From the IMG/VR virus record IMGVR_UViG_3300021363_000005, positions 1,711 through 65,710 of that record: a stretch of DNA of 64,000 bases; one strand, written 5' to 3'. The DNA comes from a virus. Taxonomy: Duplodnaviria > Caudoviricetes. A program made the position numbers and the translations under genes. This document shows, piece after piece, positions 30,936-39,789 of this stretch; positions within the stretch are counted from its first letter, which is position 1; each line of letters starts with the position of its first letter. The notes beneath the pieces were generated by a model that saw nothing but the letters and a program-made list of their open reading frames with translations, was not told the origin of the DNA and ran no database searches.

Positions 30936-31596
30936 GCTTTGCTCCTAGTTCTCGCAGCGCCGCTTCGCGCGCGAGATTGAGATCGAGCAGACGATACTCG
31001 TTGCTCGGGTCTTTCTTGGCCAAGGTTCGGTAGTTGAGGTTGACGTCTTCAACGGTGACGCGGCTGTCGGGCCGGAAGCCCAGCGTGGCCCGCCATGCCG
31101 GGCGGTTGTCGTCGCTCGGTGGTGGCAGCGCGTCGTAGCCGGCGAACGCCTGTTCCATGGTGCCGACGCCGTAGCGGTCGACCCGGCGGATGGCGTCGAT
31201 ATGAGCGGCAAGGGCTGCGATGTTCTCGGCCACGCTGAGCCAGCGGTCGCAGGCCAGCACGCGATCCTTGCCCTGCAGCTTGAAGTAGACGGCGGCCCCG
31301 GGGTCGCTCGGCTCGGCGCGGCCGCCCTTGGGCAGCCCGTAGATGGTGGGCTCGACATTGGTCGAGAGGATGGGGTCGCTGCCGCCCAGCCGCTCGATCT
31401 GGTCGAGCAGGCGCGTGCAGGCGGTCGGCACGGTGACGCGCTTGGTGCCTTTGCCGGTGATGATCTTCTGGCCTTCGCCGGTCCACTGCTTGCGCTCGAC
31501 CATGGTGGCCTCGCTGAACGCCGAACGCGAACGGTCATCGGCTGGCGTGCGCCGCCAGCCGAATGGCCACGAGAGGGGGTAGTGATTGGGGTCCAT
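30928..31596 (-). CDS. phage protein with degenerate C-terminal J-domain-like region
   Basis: YPLSWP.GW.RT..ILSTN..DPGAAVYF..ACDRW family pattern; C-terminus W..LG..YRTLAKK..LNLAREAA. Confidence 0.65.
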   Translation of the reverse strand: MDPNHYPLSWPFGWRRTPADDRSRSAFSEATMVERKQWTGEGQKIITGKGTKRVTVPTACTRLLDQIERLGGSDPILSTNVEPTIYGLPKGGRAEPSDPGAAVYFKLQGKDRVLACDRWLSVAENIAALAAHIDAIRRVDRYGVGTMEQAFAGYDALPPPSDDNRPAWRATLGFRPDSRVTVEDVNLNYRTLAKKDPSNEYRLLDLNLAREAALRELGAKHG

Positions 31597-31640
31597 ACCA
31601 TCATAATACCATTCTCTTGACATATGTCAAGAGGGAACTA

Positions 31641-31925
31641 CTACATGTAGCCCATTTCATCGAGGATCATCTGCTTGGCGCATTCTAACAGCGCAAGAAT
31701 TTCCGATCCCTTCACGCCGGCTGCGTTGTAGCCGACGTCGAAACAGTCTCTACCGTCGACATCTGTCGTCTTGAGGCGCAGTACGAGCAGCTTCTCGCAC
31801 GGCGTGCGCCCCGCCTCGATGTCGCTGATGCAGTCGCGCAGGCACTCGACGGGTGTCCATAGCCGATTGTCACGCGTCTTGAGCGCCCGCACGGCACCGA
31901 GGGACGTGACTTGGTCGTCAGTCAT
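31641..31925 (-). CDS. hypothetical protein
   Basis: AAGGGGG RBS, ATGA overlap. Confidence 0.55.
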   Translation of the reverse strand: MTDDQVTSLGAVRALKTRDNRLWTPVECLRDCISDIEAGRTPCEKLLVLRLKTTDVDGRDCFDVGYNAAGVKGSEILALLECAKQMILDEMGYM

Positions 31926-32320
31926 GCCGGTGTCCCCCTTCGTACGTTCTTCGACGCGTACATCACCGCCGTCGCTGCCTTCACGGCATGCATGCAGGCG
32001 GTCTCGCTTTCGCTGATGGCGATGGCGGCGTTGCGTGCCCCGTCGTCGATGGCGTGCCACATCGTCGACGCCGGCACATCTTCGGGCAGGCCGTCCTGCG
32101 GTAAAAACGGCTTAGGCCGGTCTCGCATTTTCTCGCAAGCGGTGATGAACGCCGCTGCCATCAGGTGCAGGTGGCCGACCTCGCTCAGATGGTCGGGATT
32201 GAACCCGGCGCGCACGCGGCGCAGCGCCGTCTCACTCACTTCCACCATCAGGTGGACGGTACGCGATTGCACTGCCTTCTGATACTCGTTGGGTTCCTCG
32301 TACTGCAGCATCGTCGACAT
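31922..32320 (-). CDS. Acb2/Tad1-like helical-hairpin protein (candidate cyclic-nucleotide sponge)
   Basis: GAGGAGG RBS; RVRAGFNP..EV..AAAFI..RNAAIAISESETACMHAVKAAT resembles the Acb2/Tad1 hairpin family. Confidence 0.5.
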   Translation of the reverse strand: MSTMLQYEEPNEYQKAVQSRTVHLMVEVSETALRRVRAGFNPDHLSEVGHLHLMAAAFITACEKMRDRPKPFLPQDGLPEDVPASTMWHAIDDGARNAAIAISESETACMHAVKAATAVMYASKNVRRGTPA

Positions 32321-32522
32321 TTTTAGCCTCCTCATAAAGTAGTTGCATTCTAAGTAGTAGTCCCGGGTGCAAAAGCAACTTGCCCCGCATGATCTTGTTG
32401 ATCGTATCGCGCCGTACGTGCAGGCGCTTGGCCGCCGCCATGATCCAGTGGTCGCCGAACAGCCGGCGACCCAGCGAGGCGAACACTGCAACCTCCACCG
32501 TCAGGCGGGCAGGCTCCCGCAT
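32232..32522 (-). CDS. Cro/XRE-like HTH protein
   Basis: GRRLFGDHWIMAAAKRLHVRRDTINKIMRG HTH-like segment; coupled to the endolysin stop. Confidence 0.5.
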   Translation of the reverse strand: MREPARLTVEVAVFASLGRRLFGDHWIMAAAKRLHVRRDTINKIMRGKLLLHPGLLLRMQLLYEEAKNVDDAAVRGTQRVSEGSAIAYRPPDGGSE

Positions 32523-33091
32523 CAGGCGATGCCGGTCGTCGTCGAACTCCCGTTGATGGTCAGACACTGCATGCGCGGCGCGGTACTGGGCGGAATGGCA
32601 CGACCGACATGGACCCAGCTGTTGTTCTCGTAGATCAGCTGGTCGATGCCCAGCTCGGCCATGTGCGGCTCGATGGCTTTGCAAACCGCCTTGACGTTGC
32701 CGAAACCGGGGACGGTGAAATCGGCGGCGCAACCATAGAGGTGCGCCGAATTGCTGGCACCGCCGATGGCCGTGTTGAGTTGCTTGCAGCGGAAGCCTGA
32801 CGAGATGATGACGGGTTGGTTCTTGCAGATCGAGCGGATGCCTTCGAGTGTGTCGTTGGCGAGATTGCTGAGTTGCTCGGTCGCGTTGGCATCTGGTGTG
32901 TTGTCGATGCCCTGCATCGCTGCAGTGTCGCTGGCCGTCAGTTCGGCCAAGGTAAAGTGGGGAGAGATATTGCCGGGTGGTAGGATTTCGATGGGTTTGT
33001 CGATCAGGTTAATGGCGGACTGCGCCATCTCGGCGTTGGTGGCTTTCAGCGAGTTCAACCAGCTGAGAACCTGTTCTTGCGTCTGTGCCAT
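32522..33091 (-). CDS. endolysin, peptidase M15A family
   Basis: SPHFTLAEL, IISSGFRC..N..IGGASNSAH..G.AADF, DQLIYE..WVHV. Confidence 0.9.
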   Translation of the reverse strand: MAQTQEQVLSWLNSLKATNAEMAQSAINLIDKPIEILPPGNISPHFTLAELTASDTAAMQGIDNTPDANATEQLSNLANDTLEGIRSICKNQPVIISSGFRCKQLNTAIGGASNSAHLYGCAADFTVPGFGNVKAVCKAIEPHMAELGIDQLIYENNSWVHVGRAIPPSTAPRMQCLTINGSSTTTGIA

Positions 33092-33138
33092 GGAAGCCCC
33101 CTTTAGAGGAGCTGCTACCTTGACATCATGTCAAAGAC

Positions 33139-33232
33139 AAAAAAAGGGCTACCCGGCAGGGTAAGCACACCGGGTAGCCCTCGTAGCGGTTGGTCTCAAA
33201 CAGGAGAGTGAAAGACCAAACCCCCTCTAGCA
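33139..33232 (-). ncRNA. candidate two-hairpin sRNA with anti-Shine-Dalgarno loop, ending in an intrinsic terminator
   Basis: Stems 33188-33222 and 33145-33181 followed by U7; putative promoter TTGCCA-17-TATGTA at 33267-33239. Confidence 0.45.
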
Positions 33233-33269
33233 CCGTGGTACATAGGGAAGCTCTGCGCGATTGGCAACC

Positions 33270-35192
33270 TCACTTGGTCTCGCCGTAGCGGACGCCGACG
33301 CCGATGTCACACGCCAGCGGGATCGTCGGCATCCATGTCGGGGGCCGGTTCATCTCCAATTCGGCCCAAATCTTTGCTGTTTCAATGTGCTGGATGGGCA
33401 CCCGGTAGACCAGCTCGTCATGGGCCGAGTGGACCAGCCGTGCGCCCAGCCCGGCCATCGGGTTGCGCAGCCGGACCGCCGCCGACATGACGATGCAGCG
33501 GCAGCAGTGCTGGGCGATGGTCTCGAGCAGCGAGGCTCCGTAGGTGCGCCGCTGCTTGCGCCCGTCGCGGAACCACCAGTTGCCCATGCCGTCTTCCTCT
33601 TGGACGTAGCGCAGCTCGGGGAAGTGGATCGGCAGGCCGGTCGGCCCGACCATCAGGTTCTTGTAGAAGGTCACGCACTTCTTCACCAAGCCTTCGCCCT
33701 GACCAAACTCGGGCAGCGAGTGCATGATCTGCAAAATGTGGTCGAGCTCGCGCCACGTGAAGACGATACGACGGAAACGTCCCCGGTATTTTTGCACGAC
33801 GTCGATGGACTGCTCGTCGGTCAACTGGATCGGAGTATCGGTCTTGGCGCTCAGGATAAAAACGGTGTGCTGGAATTTCAGCCAGCCGCAGGCATAGCCC
33901 AATTGTAGAATGCCGGTCTTGCCGACGAACCGTTCCAGCTTGTCGAGGCTGGTGATCAGGCGGGCGAATACAGTGCTCGCGAAGTCGGCGTAGACGTCAC
34001 GTCCCTCGCGGAATGCCTGCACGAGATCTTCCTGCCCGCAGAACTCAGCCGTGAAGCGGGCCTCGATCTGCTTGGCATCAACGGTCAACAGCAAGTAGCC
34101 GTCGTCGCAGTAAATGGCGTCACGCAGCACGCTGTCACGTCCAAGGTTCTGCACGTTCATTTCCCACGCACCGCCGAAGCGATGGGTGTGCGCAGCACCG
34201 ATGACCACCGGCATGGGCATGATGCAGGTGCCGAGTTTGGGGAACTCTAGGTCGGCGATCTTGAGGAAGCGCGTCGTGCGCGTTTCCTCTTGGGTTGACT
34301 TGGTTTCGAGCCGCGCCTCGACCACCGTACGCACCATGACGTTGGGATGTTCCTGCAAGGCAAGGAAATCCTCGTCGCTCTTGGCGAAGGCGTAGGTCTC
34401 CTGCTGGGTGCGGCCGGATATTTTGGTGGGCGGCGTCACTCCCAGCATGCGCAGCACGTCGGCCAGCTTGGGGTTGCTCATGAGGTCGGCCTTGGTGACA
34501 CCCATCGCCTCGACCTGCGCCAGTGCCAGCGCCTTCTGCTGCTGGACCGTAACCAGATGGTTGGCCAGCATCTGCTTGTCGACGCGCAGTAGGGGCTCGG
34601 TGGTGCAGCGGGTGACGATGTCGTGCAGGATGAACTCGTCGGGTGGCATCTTGTCGAACAGGCGCAGGTAGATCTCGCGACAGAGCCACGTGTCGTGCAG
34701 GCAGTATTCGACCTCGCGATCCCACAGCCCAGCGGCGATGATGTCGGCCCGGGTCATACCCTTCACTTCCTTGATCAGCGATCCCTTGGCCGGCAGGCCG
34801 AAGTAAGCAGCGACGCTGTCGAGAGAGTGTGACGCCAGCTTTGAACCCAGCATGGTGCGCGTCATGGCGATGGTGTCGACGATCAGGTCCGGGCTGAAGT
34901 CGTAGACCCACGACAGGATCGACATGTCGAACTGAGCGTTGTGGCTGACCATGACGATGGGCTGCTGGGTCTCGATGCGATGGCGTTTTATTTTGTGGAT
35001 GAAGTGGGGGATCTCTGGTCCATCGATCAGGATGGGATCGCCCGTGATGCCCGCTACCCCTAGGCAGATCGACTCATAACGGGGGTCCAGAATGTATTCG
35101 GCGGGCGACATGCGGCGCAGGGAATACTCTGTGGAATAGTGACTTTCAAAATCGCAAAATAGCCCGATAACCTCCGGAGTTATCATGGTCAT
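33270..35192 (-). CDS. polA: DNA polymerase family A with N-terminal 3'-5' exonuclease
   Basis: CDFES/HNAQFD/YCLHD exonuclease motifs; DAKQIEAR (A), RFVGKTGILQLGY (B), HDE (C). Confidence 0.92.
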   Translation of the reverse strand: MTMITPEVIGLFCDFESHYSTEYSLRRMSPAEYILDPRYESICLGVAGITGDPILIDGPEIPHFIHKIKRHRIETQQPIVMVSHNAQFDMSILSWVYDFSPDLIVDTIAMTRTMLGSKLASHSLDSVAAYFGLPAKGSLIKEVKGMTRADIIAAGLWDREVEYCLHDTWLCREIYLRLFDKMPPDEFILHDIVTRCTTEPLLRVDKQMLANHLVTVQQQKALALAQVEAMGVTKADLMSNPKLADVLRMLGVTPPTKISGRTQQETYAFAKSDEDFLALQEHPNVMVRTVVEARLETKSTQEETRTTRFLKIADLEFPKLGTCIMPMPVVIGAAHTHRFGGAWEMNVQNLGRDSVLRDAIYCDDGYLLLTVDAKQIEARFTAEFCGQEDLVQAFREGRDVYADFASTVFARLITSLDKLERFVGKTGILQLGYACGWLKFQHTVFILSAKTDTPIQLTDEQSIDVVQKYRGRFRRIVFTWRELDHILQIMHSLPEFGQGEGLVKKCVTFYKNLMVGPTGLPIHFPELRYVQEEDGMGNWWFRDGRKQRRTYGASLLETIAQHCCRCIVMSAAVRLRNPMAGLGARLVHSAHDELVYRVPIQHIETAKIWAELEMNRPPTWMPTIPLACDIGVGVRYGETK

Positions 35193-35599
35193 CGCCTTGG
35201 AATTAGTAGTTGGCCTTCGGACCACCCATTGTAGCGGCGAGTGGCTACGGTGAAATAAGACAGACCAGCTTTATCGGCAGCTTCTGCCAGCGGCAGCCGT
35301 CCCCATTTCGTGTTTATAAATACGTTGGTGCGCATGTTGTTTGCTTGCTGTTTAGGGGTCACCCACCGGCAGTTGCTCGGTTCATAGTTACCGTAAGTAT
35401 CAATGCGGTCGATGGTCAACCCATTCTTCCAAGTCGATCCCATGTCTTCCCAGACTAAATTAAATACTTTCCATTTGTCGCAAACATGAATACCTCTCGC
35501 TCCGTATTTACGCCAGCCATCAACATTGGGGTTGTTGCATCGGCTTCTCATACAACGCCACGAAATATAAGCAGGGTGATGTTGCATTTTATGTGGCAT
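35189..35599 (-). CDS. HNH homing-endonuclease-like protein
   Basis: SW..M..RC.NPN..YGARGI.VC..W..TIDRID..GNYEPSNCRW..QANN; locally AT-rich. Confidence 0.85.
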   Translation of the reverse strand: MPHKMQHHPAYISWRCMRSRCNNPNVDGWRKYGARGIHVCDKWKVFNLVWEDMGSTWKNGLTIDRIDTYGNYEPSNCRWVTPKQQANNMRTNVFINTKWGRLPLAEAADKAGLSYFTVATRRYNGWSEGQLLIPRR

Positions 35600-35622
35600 A
35601 TGAAACTTCCGTAGCTAGAGAC

Positions 35623-35650
35623 AAAAAAAAGGCGACCCCGAAGGGCCGCC
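35623..35650 (-). terminator. intrinsic terminator
   Basis: GGCGGCCC-TTCG-GGGTCGCC followed by T8 on the - strand. Confidence 0.85.
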
Positions 35651-35655
35651 CGATA

Positions 35656-35967
35656 CTAGTCCATCCTGCAGATTTCCCAATCGCCATCCTCGTCCATGAC
35701 CATCACCCATGCATGGGGGAACAGCAGAATGCGTTCGTCGCGGAACATCAGCGCGCTCAGCGGTTCGAGTGGTGGGTCCGAGCCCGTCTCGTCGCCGTAG
35801 GTGAGCTGTCGTTTCTCTGGATCCCACGTGAAGCCATCGAATTTCCGCCAGCCGTAATGGGCGTCGAGTTGTTCGATGGCCGAGCGCGGGTCGTCGGTGT
35901 CGAGGAATGAAATGATCAGTCCCCAGTCATCGAGGTTCCCCCCGATGACGACTAAAGGTAAGGTCAT
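35656..35967 (-). CDS. hypothetical protein
   Basis: AAGGAG RBS abutting motif A. Confidence 0.65.
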   Translation of the reverse strand: MTLPLVVIGGNLDDWGLIISFLDTDDPRSAIEQLDAHYGWRKFDGFTWDPEKRQLTYGDETGSDPPLEPLSALMFRDERILLFPHAWVMVMDEDGDWEICRMD

Positions 35968-36079
35968 TGCTTTCTCCTTGACATGATGTCAGTGCGTGGC
36001 TCCGTTCGATGAAGGCAGTTTAAGCAGACTTCTACTGCACCACGCGGCTGTCCATACGGCCTCCCTAATTAGACCCTAA

Positions 36080-36616
36080 TTAGGACCTCACCCGACGACG
36101 CGCTGCGGGTGCGTCGCTGGCCGGAGCGGGCTCACGCTCCGGTTCGGCCGGGGCGGCCGGCTGCGCCGGCTCGTCTTCCGGCTTGGGATCGGGCGGCAAA
36201 GCCAGTGCCTCGCGCACTGCACCCTCAACCGCCAGCATGCCCTTGCTCTTGGGCTTGATCACCCGCTTCTTCACCGGCACCCCGATGTCGATGCGCGTGC
36301 CGTCCTTGAGGCTCGCCAGCAGGATCACAAAGCCATCTGAGAAGATCACGCAGTCGGCGTAGGGACGGTGCTTCAACGTCACCTTCACGTTGCACTTGCC
36401 TTCCCATGCCCCGGCGGAATGCGCGGGTAGGCCCTTCTCGAAGCGGACCTGCTTGATAACCGCCTCGATGGTGCCACGGCAGCAGACGAGCTTGGCGTCT
36501 CTTACTGTGGCGGGGTAGTACCCCTTCATGTTTCCCATGTCGGGAATTTTCTGGACGACCAGACGTTCGGTCTTAGTTGCCAGTCGGTGTGGTACGTGGA
36601 TGCTACCTTCACACAT
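36080..36616 (-). CDS. hypothetical protein
   Basis: GAGGT RBS, 178-aa ORF. Confidence 0.6.
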   Translation of the reverse strand: MCEGSIHVPHRLATKTERLVVQKIPDMGNMKGYYPATVRDAKLVCCRGTIEAVIKQVRFEKGLPAHSAGAWEGKCNVKVTLKHRPYADCVIFSDGFVILLASLKDGTRIDIGVPVKKRVIKPKSKGMLAVEGAVREALALPPDPKPEDEPAQPAAPAEPEREPAPASDAPAARRRVRS

Positions 36617-36771
36617 TTGCTTACCTCTTGACGTTAGAGTTAACGCTTTACGCTACGCTACACGGTGCCGGTCGCGTGAGGGATGGGGTCATCACCACCG
36701 GCGCTCGGGTTGCTCCCCATGGCAGCTCTTTGCACGGTAAACCGCCGTGCCAGTGCCCGAGGTCGTTTCGA

Positions 36772-38307
36772 TCAGTCCATAAGATGCGAGCGAATGCGCT
36801 CGACGACGTTCTCAATATCATCGACCGTGCTCTCGATATCACGCACGCGCTTGACCATCGAATGGTTGTCGGGGTGGCTCGCCACCACGTCACCCAGTGC
36901 ACTGGCCAGCCGCTCGGCCGGGGTCGTCTCCTCGGGCTGCTCACCGTCGAGCAGTTTGAGGTGATGTTCCATGCCCTTGGCCGACCGCACGATGTCGCTG
37001 TCGGTCAGAAAGAACGCCGCTCCCGGCGCACGACCGATGGCGTAGAGTTTGGACCTCTCCACCACCTCGCGGATCACCGCCGGGATGCGCCCCGCCAACG
37101 CTTCCCCCGCACCCGACAGATCCTCGTCGGGCTTGATCAGCTTGCGGCCATAAACCCGCAAGAGCTTCTGCACAGCGCCGGCATCGGGTGCCCCGATATG
37201 CAGCACGGCGTCGAGCCGACCGGGCCGCAGCATGGCCTGATTGATCTCACCCGCCTTGTTCGAGGTCAGCACGACCATGATCTCCGAACCCTTGGAGATG
37301 ATACCGTCGACCTTGTTCAGGATGTCGTCCATCTGCGGCGTCCGCTCGCCTGCCATCTCGCGGTCGATGTCCTCGACGAACACGACGCAAGGTTGGTAGT
37401 TGGTCGCGAACTGCAGGGCCGACTCCAATGCCGAGACCCGACCGACCGTGATGAAGGTCCAGCCGTTGTCCTCGCATTTCTTGGCCGTCACCGTGGCCGC
37501 CAGCGTCTTGCCGGTACCGTAGGGACCTTCGAGCAGGACGCCGCGCTTGAGCGGAACGTCATGCTCGCGGCACCATGCGGTCTGCTCAATCGGTGTCCAC
37601 AGGTTGGTGACCACCTGATCCATCAGATCCTCGGAGAACACCAGCTCGTGCTCCCTGACTTTCTTCAGGTTCATGAAGGTCGGCGGCTCCATCAGGTTGA
37701 TGGTGCCCTTGTCGAGCGACAGCTTGAGCGCGTGGCCTTTGTAGATCGACCGCTCGCGCACGATCTGGCGGGTCAGCTCGGCCAGCCCGTGGATCATCTC
37801 GATGTGCTTGCGCTTGGTCTGGCCTTGAATGCAGAACCTGACCTGCCCTTTCTTCTCCTCGGTGCCGGTCATCAGTTGACCGTCGACACCGGGCAAACGG
37901 AAGCCACCCCAGAAGATCGAGGCAGTCTCGTTGATCCCGGTCTCGATGCTCATCATGGTCGGCGCGTTCCTGCGCCACCATGGTCCGGTTGGTGTCGGAC
38001 TGGCCCAACCGTAGGTCTCCCGCATCGCCTGCATGAAGGCGACGCAGCCATCCCATGGGTGAGCGTCGATCACCTCGTGAACATTGATGACTTCCTCCTC
38101 GGCCTGCTCCAGCCGAGCCAGCCACTCGCGGGCCTCCAGCAGGGTCATGTTGCGCGGATCGGCCGGCAGGATGATCTTGCTGCCGCTGTATTCGATGGAT
38201 GCATCGATGTTGGCGAACGCCTTGTCGGTCGGTTTCTTCTCACCCGCACGGTTGACCAAGTCCTGCAGAAAAGCGACCAATGCGCTGCGTTCCATTTCGA
38301 AAGCCAT
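36772..38307 (-). CDS. AAA+ ATPase (classic AAA clade)
   Basis: RGVLLEGPYGTGKT, VFVEDID, LTSN, AMLRPGRLD; start may be at 38295. Confidence 0.9.
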   Translation of the reverse strand: MAFEMERSALVAFLQDLVNRAGEKKPTDKAFANIDASIEYSGSKIILPADPRNMTLLEAREWLARLEQAEEEVINVHEVIDAHPWDGCVAFMQAMRETYGWASPTPTGPWWRRNAPTMMSIETGINETASIFWGGFRLPGVDGQLMTGTEEKKGQVRFCIQGQTKRKHIEMIHGLAELTRQIVRERSIYKGHALKLSLDKGTINLMEPPTFMNLKKVREHELVFSEDLMDQVVTNLWTPIEQTAWCREHDVPLKRGVLLEGPYGTGKTLAATVTAKKCEDNGWTFITVGRVSALESALQFATNYQPCVVFVEDIDREMAGERTPQMDDILNKVDGIISKGSEIMVVLTSNKAGEINQAMLRPGRLDAVLHIGAPDAGAVQKLLRVYGRKLIKPDEDLSGAGEALAGRIPAVIREVVERSKLYAIGRAPGAAFFLTDSDIVRSAKGMEHHLKLLDGEQPEETTPAERLASALGDVVASHPDNHSMVKRVRDIESTVDDIENVVERIRSHLMD

Positions 38308-38372
38308 TGCCTTTACCTCTGAGTTTGAGTTGTACTATACGCACTTCCCACTTGACATGATGTCAAGTGGTC

Positions 38373-38642
38373 TCATGCCCGCCGGGCTGTAACCGCCGGG
38401 TGTTGAGCTCCTTCGAAGTCGACGTTGCAGACGTTGCAGTCGTGGCGATTGCACCACACCTGCAAGCCACGTGGTGTCCAGCCCACGCTGTATCGTGAGT
38501 AGGTGAGCGGGCTGTCATAGGGTGCGCGTCCCTCTTGAATGTCGGTAACGCACATCGCGCAATGAACGTAGGTGCTGATCTGGTTGTCGGTGCTGATGGG
38601 GGGTTTGTCGCTGCCATTGTCGTTTTGTTTTCTTCTAGCCAT
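38373..38642 (-). CDS. small Cys/His-rich (Zn-binding) protein
   Basis: HCAMC, GWT..GLQVWCNRHDCN. Confidence 0.65.
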   Translation of the reverse strand: MARRKQNDNGSDKPPISTDNQISTYVHCAMCVTDIQEGRAPYDSPLTYSRYSVGWTPRGLQVWCNRHDCNVCNVDFEGAQHPAVTARRA

Positions 38643-38649
38643 GGCTACC

Positions 38650-39103
38650 TCACTTGATGTTCAACACATGTTGGATGCAGACGTTGATCACGGCGCGGTC
38701 GTAGGGCGACAGGTAGACACCGCGCTTGTCGAGTTTGCGGACGACGAACAGCAGGGCACCGAGACAGGCGCAGGCCCAGCGATGCTTGGCGTAAAAGCTA
38801 CCGGCCAACCATCCAGCGACGGCCGACGTGGCGACCGGGATCCATGGTGCAATGTCGGACCATTCAAACATCGGGATAATCCATCGCTATGACGTAGCGT
38901 CTGAGCCAAACACGCTGGCCAGTCGTCCTGCCATGCGCAGCGGCAATCGGCTCGAGACTGCGGATGTGCTTCTCGCTGCGACCGATCAGTGGTGTGATGC
39001 CGATGCCCAGCGCACCACTGGCCACCATGCCGATAGAACCGTCCGGGTATTTCGACACCCACGCCCAAAGTTCGTCGCCTAAAGTCAGTGTTCCCATGTT
39101 CAT
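38650..39103 (-). CDS. two small hypothetical genes (38650-38871, membrane; 38864-39103)
   Basis: Coupled ORFs; GAGGAG RBS next to motif A. Confidence 0.5.
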
Positions 39104-39120
39104 CTCCTCTTGACATTGTG

Positions 39121-39384
39121 TCAGACGTCATGATCGTCGCCATCGTCGACGTAACCGCAGCGTGGGCACGGCAGGGCAATCGCTGCACGCAAGCAAACCG
39201 ATACCGCTTGCGTGCGGCTGCGCACGCCCAGTTTGCGCAGGATTGCCTTGACGTGCACCTTGACGGTGTCGTCGGTACTTCCAAGGTCTTGAGCGATTTT
39301 CTTATTGGCATGGCCCAGCAGCATCCCCGCCAGAACGTCGGCCTCGCGACGCGTCAACGGGTAGTTCATGCTTTTCAGGGCCAT
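39121..39384 (-). CDS. stand-alone LuxR/GerE-type HTH protein
   Basis: LTRREADVL..G.ANKKIA.DLG....TVKVHVKAILRKLGVRSRTQA; C-terminal CPRCG. Confidence 0.9.
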   Translation of the reverse strand: MALKSMNYPLTRREADVLAGMLLGHANKKIAQDLGSTDDTVKVHVKAILRKLGVRSRTQAVSVCLRAAIALPCPRCGYVDDGDDHDV

Positions 39385-39387
39385 GCA

Positions 39388-39789
39388 TTACTCCGAAGCG
39401 AATTGTTGCATCAGCCGGTCGAGCTGCTCGCGGGTCAGCACGTAGACGTCCATGTCTTGGCTGCGCAAAAGCCTCAGCATGCCAATGACGTCTTTGTCGT
39501 TGGCCGTGGTTGCATCGTCGAACATCAGGCTGGGGTACTTGGCCATCAGCATCTTGCCCAAGGTGACGACCTGACGGGCGGTCTGCTGGGCGACGGCATA
39601 CAGCGGTCCACCCAACTGGTCTTCTTCGACCGGCAGCTTGAGACGCACTGCGATAGAAGGCAGGCCGCTTGCCATGCCGCTGTCCAGCACGTTCACATCC
39701 TCAAGCACGCCGCAGTCGAGGAAGTTGCCGCGCCATGGCGGCGGATCGTCCTTGCCGATAAAGCGAACTTTCATTGGAACCATGTTCAC
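39388..39789 (-). CDS. hypothetical protein
   Basis: AAACAGGAG RBS. Confidence 0.6.
   Translation of the reverse strand: MNMVPMKVRFIGKDDPPPWRGNFLDCGVLEDVNVLDSGMASGLPSIAVRLKLPVEEDQLGGPLYAVAQQTARQVVTLGKMLMAKYPSLMFDDATTANDKDVIGMLRLLRSQDMDVYVLTREQLDRLMQQFASE

Noticed and set aside
35189-35599. Intron or intein in polA associated with the HNH gene
   Set aside because: The polA frame is continuous with all motifs present; the HNH is free-standing upstream
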